A DNA stretch of 24,855 bases from Oscillospiraceae bacterium (GCA_017438675.1 JAFRUW010000250.1:1-24855), one strand, 5' to 3'; shown: positions 1 through 7,432, counted from the stretch's first letter. A program made the numbers and translations. Notes: a model not told the origin generated them from the letters alone.

Positions 1-686
1 CGGTCCATGGCCTCGGTGTGGTAGGCGTAATCGTGCTTCGGTCCCGTGGGATGGAGCTTTAAATAGCTCTCCTTGTGATATGTCTCCTGGAACAGGATGT
101 ATGTGCCGATGCCGGCCTCCTTGAGCTTACGGTAATTCTCCACCGTGGTGGCGGCGATATTCACGTTTACTCTGCGGATGGCGCCGTTCTTGTGCTTTAT
201 GGAGTAGATGGTCTTGATGCTCTCAAGTATGTACTCGATGGGGTTCATCGTCGGGTGCTCGCCGGCCTCGATGGCAAGGCGCTTGTGGCCCATGTCCTGC
301 AGGGCGATGACCTCGCGCTTTATCTCCTCCTGAGTGAGCTTTTTCCTTGTTATGTGCTTGTTCTGACCGTGATAGGGGCAGTATACACAGCCGTTCACGC
401 AGTAATTGGACAGGTAAAGGGGCGCGAACATGACGATCCTGTTGCCGTAAAAGTCCTTCTTTATCTGCTCCGCCAGGGCGTACATTTTCTGAATGCGCTC
501 CTCGTCCTCACAGGCCAAGAGGACGGAGGCTTCACGGTGGGTAAGGCCCTTCAGGTTCTTTGCCTTTTCGAGAAGGCTGTCGATGAGCTCCAGATCGTCC
601 TTGTGCTCGTCGGCGTATTTAAGTGTAGCGACTATCTCGTCGTGGTCGATGAATTCTTCCGCTTTCTTTGATTTCGGATCGTACAT
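1..686 (-). CDS. hydG: [FeFe]-hydrogenase H-cluster radical SAM maturase HydG (5' part; truncated by window edge; not in ORF track)
   Basis: Reverse complement from ATG at 686 reads MYDPKSKKAEEFIDHDEI...MFAPLYLSNYCVNGCVYCPYH...HKRLAIEAGE...LFQETYH...LHPTGPKHDYAYHTEAMDR. It has the CxxxCxxC radical SAM motif and clostridial HydG-type context, RBS GAAAGGA 8 nt upstream, and lies next to a TM1266-family gene. ThiH is the related alternative. Confidence 0.92.
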   Translation of the reverse strand, partial: MYDPKSKKAEEFIDHDEIVATLKYADEHKDDLELIDSLLEKAKNLKGLTHREASVLLACEDEERIQKMYALAEQIKKDFYGNRIVMFAPLYLSNYCVNGCVYCPYHGQNKHITRKKLTQEEIKREVIALQDMGHKRLAIEAGEHPTMNPIEYILESIKTIYSIKHKNGAIRRVNVNIAATTVENYRKLKEAGIGTYILFQETYHKESYLKLHPTGPKHDYAYHTEAMD

Positions 687-732
687 GATATTAGTCCTTT
701 CTGATAAACCTGATGATAATTGTATTATAAAC

Positions 733-759
733 ATTTTTTGATTCAGCGAATCAAAAAAT
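733..759. repeat. 27-bp perfect palindrome (12-3-12) between TM1266 gene and hydG; copy 1 of a recurring motif
   Basis: ATTTTTTGATTC-agc-GAATCAAAAAAT; related palindromes at 19115-19141 and 23299-23325. Confidence 0.8.
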
Positions 760-788
760 ACAATAATCTGCCGTTTCCGATCTGCAGT

Positions 789-1031
789 TTACTTGCCGTA
801 GGTCGTTTTAGCCGTTACGCCCTCGAGCCGTCCGATCTTGCCGGACATGGCGCTTATCACGTTCTGGGGCGCGTCCACGGCGATGGTTATGATGCTGATG
901 CCCTTCTGCCGGTAGGGTATGCCCACCCTGCCGATGATGAAGTCTGCGTATTCGTGGAGGATGGCGTTCAGGGTTTCCACCCGGTCGGGATCCTCAACGA
1001 TTATGGCGATGACCGCCACCCGTGTTTCCAT
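789..1031 (-). CDS. TM1266-family iron-only hydrogenase system putative regulator (small ACT/NikR-C-like fold)
   Basis: 80 aa METRVAVIAIIVED...LHEYADFIIGRVGIPY..KGISIITIAVDAPQNVISAMSGKIGRLEGVTAKT; AAGGGGG RBS before ATG 1031; adjacent to hydG as is typical for the family. Confidence 0.85.
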   Translation of the reverse strand: METRVAVIAIIVEDPDRVETLNAILHEYADFIIGRVGIPYRQKGISIITIAVDAPQNVISAMSGKIGRLEGVTAKTTYGK

Positions 1032-1071
1032 ATTCTTCCCCCTTATCTTATACATTTTAAAAAACACTCTC

Positions 1072-1236
1072 GATACTGGAATCTGATCAAAATGTCATAC
1101 CGAATTCCGAGCAGATTTTTCGTCAGACGAGGCAGCTGATGCAGAGGAATACTTTGTGTATTTCCTGTATCAGATAACGAAGTATGGCGGAAAATATGCC
1201 GGAATGAATATGGCAGTTTGGTCAGATTCCAGTATC
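1072..1236. mobile_element. ~165-bp imperfect palindromic element (MITE/REP-like)
   Basis: Terminal arms 1072-1099 and 1209-1236 match 25/28 as inverted repeats; complementarity continues imperfectly to a central GAATAC-tttgt-GTATTT turn; no coding capacity; no clear target-site duplication. Confidence 0.55.
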
Positions 1237-1268
1237 AAAACAAAAACCGCGCCACGAAAGGCGCGATC
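1237..1268 (-). terminator. Intrinsic terminator upstream of the TM1266-hydG genes
   Basis: Minus strand GAUCGCGCC-UUUCGU-GGCGCG followed by GUUUUUGUUUU. Confidence 0.75.
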
Positions 1269-1414
1269 ATACAGTGGTCAGATGTAAAGGATCGTGTCTT
1301 CCGCGTCAAAACGTATTTTCCGCGTCAGGATCTGTTTTGCGTTATGAGGATCGCCCCGGTCTCCCGAAGTGGGCTGCGCGCACAAGCGGTGGAGCGGGAT
1401 GATCAGCCGTTGTC
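1237..1414 (-). ncRNA. Candidate attenuator/riboswitch-like leader or small RNA (~180 nt)
   Basis: Bounded by a near-consensus sigma-A promoter (1420-1448) and an intrinsic terminator; contains mutually exclusive helices. Start site is inferred from promoter spacing. Confidence 0.45.
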
Positions 1415-1419
1415 CCTGT

Positions 1420-1448
1420 ATTGTACACGGTTTCCCGCGGTTTTGCAA
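1420..1448 (-). promoter_or_regulatory. Sigma-A-type promoter pointing toward TM1266-hydG
   Basis: TTGCAA (1448-1443), 17 bp, TACAAT (1425-1420) on the minus strand. Confidence 0.7.
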
Positions 1449-1489
1449 GAGGAAAGTTTGGAATTCGCGGGATTATTTCACATTCGCCG

Positions 1490-1519
1490 TTTACTTTATA
1501 TTGACAGGCGGATTATAAT
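1490..1519 (+). promoter_or_regulatory. Candidate sigma-A promoter for the MATE-CDF-feo block
   Basis: TTTACT (1490-1495), 18 bp, TATAAT (1514-1519); the -10 lies inside the palindrome TTATAATTATAA (1513-1524). Confidence 0.4.
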
Positions 1520-1557
1520 TATAACAAAACACGACATTATATTACAGGGAGATTCGT

Positions 1558-2904
1558 ATGAACAGGGACCTTACGGTAGGTGAGCCGCGGAAGGTGCTTT
1601 GGAGCTTCTGCCTGCCGCTGTTCGGCAGCATTATATTCCAGCAGCTTTACAATATCGCCGACAGCCTTGTGGCCGGCAAGTTCATAGGGGAAAACGCCCT
1701 TGCGGCGGTGGGAAACAGCTATGAGATAACGCTGATCTTCATAGCCTTTGCCGTGGGCTGCAATATCGGCTGCTCCGTCATCGTGTCCCGTTATTTCGGC
1801 GCCAGGGACTATGTCAGCATGAGGTCGGCCGTATCCACCTCCATGATCTCTGCCGCGGCGGTGTGCTTTTTGCTCATGCTCGTCGGCATAATCGGCTGCG
1901 GGAGGCTGCTCCGCATGATCGACACCCCGGCGGAGCTCTTCCGTGATTCGAAGCTGTATCTGGACATCTACGTCTGGGGACTGCCCTTCGTGTTTTTCTA
2001 CAACATCTCCACCGGTATCTTTTCCGCGCTGGGGGATTCCAGGACGCCGTTTCTGTTCCTTGCCGCCTCGTCCCTGTCCAATATCGCCCTTGACGTTGTT
2101 TTCGTCACCGTATTTAAAATGGGCGTGGCAGGCGTGGCATGGGCCACGTTTATCTGTCAGGGCGTGAGCTGCGCCCTTGCCATGACAGTCATCGCAAGGC
2201 GGCTTAAAGAATTCAGATCCGCCGGGAAATACCCTGTGTTTTCAAAACCCATTTTCTGGCAGTTCGCCGTTATCGCCGTACCCAGCACCATGCAGCAGAG
2301 CTTTGTCTCCGTTGGGAACATCATAGTTCAGAGGGTAATAAACGGCTTCGGCGCCGGGGTCATGGCGGGCTACGCCGCCGGTGTGAAGCTCAACAATCTG
2401 GTGATAACATCCTTCGTCACCGTGGGCAACGGCATTTCAAATTATACCTCACAGAATATCGGCGCCGGGAAGTATTCCCGGATCGACGAGGGCTTCCGGG
2501 CCGGGGTCAGGATGATGTGGACCCTGGGTATACCCTTTATCCTTCTGTACTTCTTAGGCGGGAAATTCCTGTTAAACCTGTTCATGGACGATCCCACCAA
2601 AACCGCCATGGAGACGGGAATCATCTATCTGCGCATACTCGCGCCCTTCTATGTGGTCATATCCTCAAAGCACGTTGCCGACGGCATACTGAGGGGCGGC
2701 GGCCTTATGAAGGAGTTCATGGTCTCCACCTTCGCAAGCCTGTTCATACGCGTTCTGGGCGCGGTGTTCCTGTCCCGCACGTCTCTCGGTTCCACCGGAA
2801 TCTGGCTGGCGTGGCCCATCGGCTGGATCGCTGCGGCGGCCTGCGCCATATACTTCTACAAACACCACAGGTGGGAAAAGCCGGCGGAGGATGAGGTAAT
2901 ATAG
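1558..2904 (+). CDS. MATE family efflux transporter
   Basis: 448 aa; MNRDLTVGEPRKVLWSFCLP..QQLYNIADSLVAGKFIGENALAAVG; two internally repeated hydrophobic halves (GDSRTPF / RGGGLMK, SQNIGAGKY); LGSTGIWLAWPIGW ending. Confidence 0.93.
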   Translation: MNRDLTVGEPRKVLWSFCLPLFGSIIFQQLYNIADSLVAGKFIGENALAAVGNSYEITLIFIAFAVGCNIGCSVIVSRYFGARDYVSMRSAVSTSMISAAAVCFLLMLVGIIGCGRLLRMIDTPAELFRDSKLYLDIYVWGLPFVFFYNISTGIFSALGDSRTPFLFLAASSLSNIALDVVFVTVFKMGVAGVAWATFICQGVSCALAMTVIARRLKEFRSAGKYPVFSKPIFWQFAVIAVPSTMQQSFVSVGNIIVQRVINGFGAGVMAGYAAGVKLNNLVITSFVTVGNGISNYTSQNIGAGKYSRIDEGFRAGVRMMWTLGIPFILLYFLGGKFLLNLFMDDPTKTAMETGIIYLRILAPFYVVISSKHVADGILRGGGLMKEFMVSTFASLFIRVLGAVFLSRTSLGSTGIWLAWPIGWIAAAACAIYFYKHHRWEKPAEDEVI

Positions 2905-2954
2905 CATTTTTCCGGGCATATAATGTATACTCAGCATAGGGAGGAGAGAACATT

Positions 2955-4067
2955 ATGTCAGGTGCGGAACGGGAAAAAAGAATAATACGCACCGGGGTTA
3001 TCGGAATACTTGCGAACATCCTGCTTGCGGCATTTAAGCTGCTGTTCGGCATACTGTCCCGCTCCATTGCCATCACTCTGGACGCCGTCAACAACGCAAG
3101 CGACGTGCTGTCCTCCGCCGTGACGGTGGTGGGGACGAAGATCGCCGGCAGGCCCGCCGACAGGGAGCACCCTATGGGCCACGGCAGAGTGGAGTACATA
3201 AGCGCCCAGATCGTGTCTGCCGTGATCCTGTATGCAGGCATCGCGGCTCTGAGCGAGGCCGTGAGGAAGGCGATAAGCCCGGTAACGCCGGATTATTCGA
3301 CGCTGACCGTCGTAATGCTGGTGATCGCAACAGCAGTAAAGCTGGCGCTGGGGTTTTACGCAAAGGAAACCGGCAAAAAGCTGAATTCCGACTCCCTTGT
3401 GAACTCCGGCAGGGACGCCCTTCTTGACGCGGTGATCTCCGCCACCACACTTATTTCCGCGGTGATATTCAAGGTGTGGGGCCTCAGCCTTGAGGCGTGG
3501 CTGGGCATACTTATCTCCCTTGTCATCATCAAGGCCGGCATCGACATGTTCCGGGACACCGCCAGCAAGCTCACCGGGGAGCGCATCGACAGCGAGCTCT
3601 CCAAATCCATAAAAGAGACGATATGCGCCTCGGAAGGAGTTTTCGGCGCCTATGACCTGCTCTTAAACGGCTACGGCCCCGACAGGTGGATAGGTTCCGT
3701 CAACATCGAGGTGCCGGACACCTGGAGCGCCGACATGATCGACCAGACCTGCCGCAGCATTACGGAGAAGGTGGCCTCCGAATACGGGGTGATCCTGTCC
3801 TCCGTGGGGATATATTCCCGCAACGAGGGGAATCATCTTGCGGCGGATATACGCAGGGCTGTCACCGAAGGGGCCATGAAGGTGGACCACGTCCTTGAGA
3901 TACACGGCTTTATCTGCGACCCGGAAGCGAAAACCATGGGCTTCCACGTGGTCACGGATTTCAGATCAGACAGCGGGGAGATTTTACGGGAGCTTTACGG
4001 TATGACAAAAGCGCTGTACCCCGATTATGAGGCAGAAATACACATTGATTCGGATTATTCCGACTGA
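2955..4067 (+). CDS. Cation diffusion facilitator (CDF) transporter, MntE/FieF-like
   Basis: 370 aa; DAVNNASD (TM2), PADREHPMGHGRVEY, DALLD (TM5); extended C-terminus resembling two CDF cytoplasmic domains; GGAGG RBS. Confidence 0.92.
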   Translation: MSGAEREKRIIRTGVIGILANILLAAFKLLFGILSRSIAITLDAVNNASDVLSSAVTVVGTKIAGRPADREHPMGHGRVEYISAQIVSAVILYAGIAALSEAVRKAISPVTPDYSTLTVVMLVIATAVKLALGFYAKETGKKLNSDSLVNSGRDALLDAVISATTLISAVIFKVWGLSLEAWLGILISLVIIKAGIDMFRDTASKLTGERIDSELSKSIKETICASEGVFGAYDLLLNGYGPDRWIGSVNIEVPDTWSADMIDQTCRSITEKVASEYGVILSSVGIYSRNEGNHLAADIRRAVTEGAMKVDHVLEIHGFICDPEAKTMGFHVVTDFRSDSGEILRELYGMTKALYPDYEAEIHIDSDYSD

Positions 4068-4084
4068 CACTGAGGTGAACACAA

Positions 4085-6421
4085 ATGACACTGAGAGACC
4101 TTGAACCGGGTCGTTCCGCCATAATCGACACCGTGGGCGGAGAAGGAGCACTGCGCCAGCATTTTCTTGATATGGGCGTCATTCCCGGCGCCCGGGTGAC
4201 GCTCATAAAGTACGCCCCACTGGGCGACCCTATGGAGCTTATGATCCACGGCTATGAGCTGACCCTCAGGCTTGCGGACGCGGAAAAGATAGGAATACAT
4301 CACGCCCCGCAGGAGAAAACAGGTGAGGCCGTGCGGGAAAGGGGCAAAAAGTCCCTCCACCCCGGTCTCGGCGAGGGGGGCAAATACCACCCCAAGGGCA
4401 GCGGCGATCCCCTCCCGGAGGGGACGCTTCTCACCTTCGCCCTGGTGGGCAACCAGTACTCGGGCAAGACAACCCTGTTCAATCAGCTCACCGGCGCGAA
4501 TCAGCATGTGGGCAACTTCCCCGGCGTCACCGTGGACAGGAAGGACGGTCAGATCAGGGGCTGCCCCGGCACCCTCGTCACAGATCTTCCCGGCATCTAC
4601 TCCATGTCGCCCTACTCCAGCGAGGAGCTTGTATCCCGCAATTTTGTACTCAATGACAAGCCCAGGGCAATCATCAACATCGTGGACGCCAACAATATCG
4701 AGAGGAACCTGTATCTCACCATGCAGCTCCTTGAGATGAACGTGCCCATGGTGGTGGCCCTCAACATGATGGACGAGGTCACGGCAAACGGGGGCAGTGT
4801 GGATATAAACAGGATGGAGGAAATGCTGGGCGTCCCCGTTGTCGCCATTTCCGCCGCCAAAAACTCCGGCGTGAAGGAGCTTATCGACCACGCCCTTCAT
4901 ATTGCGAAGTATCAGGAAAGACCTCTAAGGCAGGATTTCTGCGACGAAAACCATTACGGCGGCGCGGTTCACCGCTGCCTCCACGGCATATCCCATCTTA
5001 TCGAGGATCACGCAAAGGCGGCGGATATCCCCATCCGCTTTGCGGCGAGCAAGATCATCGAGGGAGACCCCATAATCACAAAACAGCTCGGCCTTGACGA
5101 GAACGAGACGGACATGATGGAGCATATCATCATCCAGATGGAGAAGGAGCGGGGTCTTGACAGGAGCGCCGCAATTGCGGACATGCGGTTCAATTTCATC
5201 GAAAACGTGTGCGGCGCAACGGTCCATAAGCCCCGGGAGAGCCGTGAGCACAAACGGAGCGAACGCATTGACCGCATACTTACCGGCAAATACACCGCCA
5301 TCCCCGCCTTTATCGCCATTATGGGGCTTGTGTTCTGGCTGACCTTCAATGTCATCGGATCATTCTTCCAGGGACTTCTGGAGACGGGTATCACCAACCT
5401 GTCGGCTATGGTTGACCGGGCCCTCACCGCGGCAAATGTGAACGATGCCCTTCACAGCCTTGTGACAGAAGGCATTTTCGCCGGCGTGGGAAGCGTCCTC
5501 AGCTTCCTCCCAATAATCGTGACGCTGTTCTTCTTCCTGTCAATGCTGGAGGACAGCGGCTACATAGCCCGCGTGGCATTCGTAATGGACAAGCTTCTCA
5601 GAAAGCTGGGCCTTTCCGGAAGAAGCATCGTGCCCATGCTCATAGGCTTCGGCTGCACCGTTCCGGCGGTTATGGCGACGCGCACACTGCCCAGTGAGCG
5701 GGACAGGAAGGTCACCATCCTCCTTACGCCCTTTATGAGCTGTTCCGCCAAGGTGCCGATCTATGCCTTCTTTGTAAACGCCTTCTTCCCCGGCAGGGGC
5801 GGACTTATAATGACCGGCCTCTACGTTCTGGGGATCCTCCTCAGTATCGGCGCGGCGCTTCTCTACAAGGGGACGCTGTTCAAGGGCGAGCCCGTGCCCT
5901 TCGTCATGGAGCTTCCAAATTACCGCCTGCCGGGAGCCAAAAACGTGGTGCGCCTCCTGTGGGACAAGGCGAAGGATTTTCTGCAGAGGGCCTTTTCCGT
6001 TATCCTGATCGCCACCATCGTAATCTGGTTCCTCCAGCGGTTCGACCTGAGATTCAACATGGTCACCGACTCTCACGACAGCATCCTTGCCCTGATTTCC
6101 GGCTGGCTGACGCCAATTATGCGTCCGGTGGGGCTGGGGGACTGGCGCATCTGCACCTCCCTGATCTCCGGTTTCATGGCCAAGGAAAGCGTAGTCTCCA
6201 CAATGGAGCTGCTTTTTGCGGGCGGGGTAAAGACGGCGCTCACGTCCCTGTCGGCAGCCTGCCTGCTGGTCTTCTCCCTGATCTACACCCCCTGCGTCGC
6301 CGCTGTCGCCTCCATAAAGCGTGAGATGGGCGGCAAATGGGCAATAGGCGTTGTGGTATGGCAGTGCGTTTTAGCATGGGTGGTCACCGCGATTGTCCAC
6401 CTGATCGGACTGCTTATATAG
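4085..6421 (+). CDS. feoB: Ferrous iron transporter, FeoA-FeoB fusion
   Basis: N-terminal FeoA (LRQHFLDMGVIPG...APLGDPMEL.IHGYELTLR); G motifs GNQYSGKT, VGNFPGVTVD, DLPG, NMMD; membrane domain with EDSGY.AR.AF, GFGCTVPA, FMSCSAK, PCVAA. Confidence 0.95.
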   Translation: MTLRDLEPGRSAIIDTVGGEGALRQHFLDMGVIPGARVTLIKYAPLGDPMELMIHGYELTLRLADAEKIGIHHAPQEKTGEAVRERGKKSLHPGLGEGGKYHPKGSGDPLPEGTLLTFALVGNQYSGKTTLFNQLTGANQHVGNFPGVTVDRKDGQIRGCPGTLVTDLPGIYSMSPYSSEELVSRNFVLNDKPRAIINIVDANNIERNLYLTMQLLEMNVPMVVALNMMDEVTANGGSVDINRMEEMLGVPVVAISAAKNSGVKELIDHALHIAKYQERPLRQDFCDENHYGGAVHRCLHGISHLIEDHAKAADIPIRFAASKIIEGDPIITKQLGLDENETDMMEHIIIQMEKERGLDRSAAIADMRFNFIENVCGATVHKPRESREHKRSERIDRILTGKYTAIPAFIAIMGLVFWLTFNVIGSFFQGLLETGITNLSAMVDRALTAANVNDALHSLVTEGIFAGVGSVLSFLPIIVTLFFFLSMLEDSGYIARVAFVMDKLLRKLGLSGRSIVPMLIGFGCTVPAVMATRTLPSERDRKVTILLTPFMSCSAKVPIYAFFVNAFFPGRGGLIMTGLYVLGILLSIGAALLYKGTLFKGEPVPFVMELPNYRLPGAKNVVRLLWDKAKDFLQRAFSVILIATIVIWFLQRFDLRFNMVTDSHDSILALISGWLTPIMRPVGLGDWRICTSLISGFMAKESVVSTMELLFAGGVKTALTSLSAACLLVFSLIYTPCVAAVASIKREMGGKWAIGVVVWQCVLAWVVTAIVHLIGLLI

Positions 6422-6430
6422 GAGGACGGT

Positions 6431-6589
6431 ATGAATACAGCAGATTTAGTCATTATTATATGTGTCGCCGGCCTTGTCGCCGCCGCCGTGATCACTCTCC
6501 TGCGGCGCAAACGCAAAGGCACATCCTGCTGCGGGAACTGCAGCGGGTGCGGAATGAGCTGCGACAAAAGGGAACAGACGGAAAAATGA
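6431..6589 (+). CDS. FeoB-associated Cys-rich small membrane protein (52 aa; not in ORF track)
   Basis: MNTADLVIIICVAGLVAAAVITLLRRKRKGTSCCGNCSGCGMSCDKREQTEK: one TM helix, basic patch, CCxxCxxCxxxC; GGAGG RBS immediately after the feoB stop. Confidence 0.85.
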   Translation: MNTADLVIIICVAGLVAAAVITLLRRKRKGTSCCGNCSGCGMSCDKREQTEK

Positions 6590-6591
6590 CA

Positions 6592-6629
6592 ATAAACCCT
6601 TGCCTGATTATAATTCGGCAAGGGTTTAT
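6592..6629. terminator. Probable bidirectional terminator between convergent feo and hydrolase genes
   Basis: 13-bp perfect stem ATAAACCCTTGCC / GGCAAGGGTTTAT. Confidence 0.7.
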
Positions 6630-6636
6630 ACGTTTT

Positions 6637-7332
6637 TCAGCGGTGTTTTTCCGTTTCTTTTAAGAACCGCTCCACCTCGATATTGAAGGCTTCCGGGGTT
6701 TTCGCGGCTATAAAGTGGTCGCCGGGGAGGATTTTCAGGGTGCTGTTTGGGATGTTTTTCGCAATGAGACGTGTGTGGCGGCGGGCGATCATGTCGTGTG
6801 AGCCGCAGATCACAAGGACGGGCATCCTGAGGGATTTGAGCTCATCGGGATCGATGCGGGGTTCCTTCACCATGAGGCGGAAAAGCGCCTTGTTTTTCGC
6901 GGCTTTTTCGGAAAACGGCGCGCAGACAGAGTACTTTATGTACATGGCCAGGATCATCGCCGCCGTTTTGAAGGTGAGGCCGAAGAAGTTCAGATTCGCC
7001 CCGTTAAGAACCAGCCGGTCAACCATGGAGGGGTATTTCAGGGCGAAGAGCAGGGCGATATTGCCGCCGTCGGAGAAGCCGAGAATGTCGGCCCTCGGAA
7101 TGCTGTGCGCGCTCATAAAGTCCCGAAGGTCGTCGGCGAAGGTGTAAAGGGAAAAGGGCGCGGTACCCATGGGGGATTTGCCGTGGCCCCGGGTGTCGAC
7201 GGCGATGACACGGCGCTCCTCGGCAAACCAGGTGATCTGAGCCCCGAAATACTCGTGGCTTTCACCGTTGCCGTGAAGGAGGATCAGGGGCCTGCCCGTG
7301 CCGAGCTCCTCATAATTTAAGTTTATTTCCAT
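6637..7332 (-). CDS. Alpha/beta-fold hydrolase
   Basis: 231 aa; LLHGNGES, DTRGHGKS, nucleophile motif GFSDG, GSHD, GDHF. Confidence 0.9.
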   Translation of the reverse strand: MEINLNYEELGTGRPLILLHGNGESHEYFGAQITWFAEERRVIAVDTRGHGKSPMGTAPFSLYTFADDLRDFMSAHSIPRADILGFSDGGNIALLFALKYPSMVDRLVLNGANLNFFGLTFKTAAMILAMYIKYSVCAPFSEKAAKNKALFRLMVKEPRIDPDELKSLRMPVLVICGSHDMIARRHTRLIAKNIPNSTLKILPGDHFIAAKTPEAFNIEVERFLKETEKHR

Positions 7333-7357
7333 TTATTATCACCCCGTTTTTTACACA

Positions 7358-7386
7358 ATTATATACCGGAAACGGATATTTTTCAA
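7358..7386 (-). promoter_or_regulatory. Sigma-A promoter of the hydrolase gene
   Basis: TTGAAA (7386-7381), 17 bp, TATAAT (7363-7358) on the minus strand. Confidence 0.75.
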
Positions 7387-7432
7387 GGTTGGAAGAATAA
7401 TAAGCGTGATACTTTAAACAGGAGGAATCAGC

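Noticed and set aside
75-671. 198-aa plus-strand ORF in the track
   Set aside because: Antisense shadow of hydG, which has the RBS and radical SAM motifs
714-730. Fur-like box TGATAAT-tgt-ATTATAA upstream of hydG
   Set aside because: 7-3-7 spacing rather than the 7-1-7 Fur geometry, in AT-rich DNA
1237-1414. Identification of the leader as 6S RNA, SRP RNA, raiA motif, THF riboswitch or tRNA
   Set aside because: Length fits 6S but no end-to-end rod forms; SRP GGAA/GGAAGCAGC core is absent; GCAAAACAGAUCC and CAUCCCGCUCC are only short look-alikes of raiA and THF pieces in the wrong context. A covariance search is still needed.
1218-1583. 121-aa plus-strand ORF across the hyd/MATE intergenic region
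   Set aside because: TTG start inside the palindrome, no RBS, no recognisable domain, and it overlaps two promoters and the MATE start
2897-2924. Sigma-E-like promoter TAATATA-13-CATATAAT before the CDF gene
   Set aside because: Spacer is one short, the consensus is low-information, and there is no supporting context
4055-4900. Long minus-strand ORFs here and at 7902-8879, 11784-12584, 15848-17635 and 17918-18970
   Set aside because: Antisense shadows of well-supported genes; long open antisense frames are expected with GC-rich codon usage; no RBS or motifs
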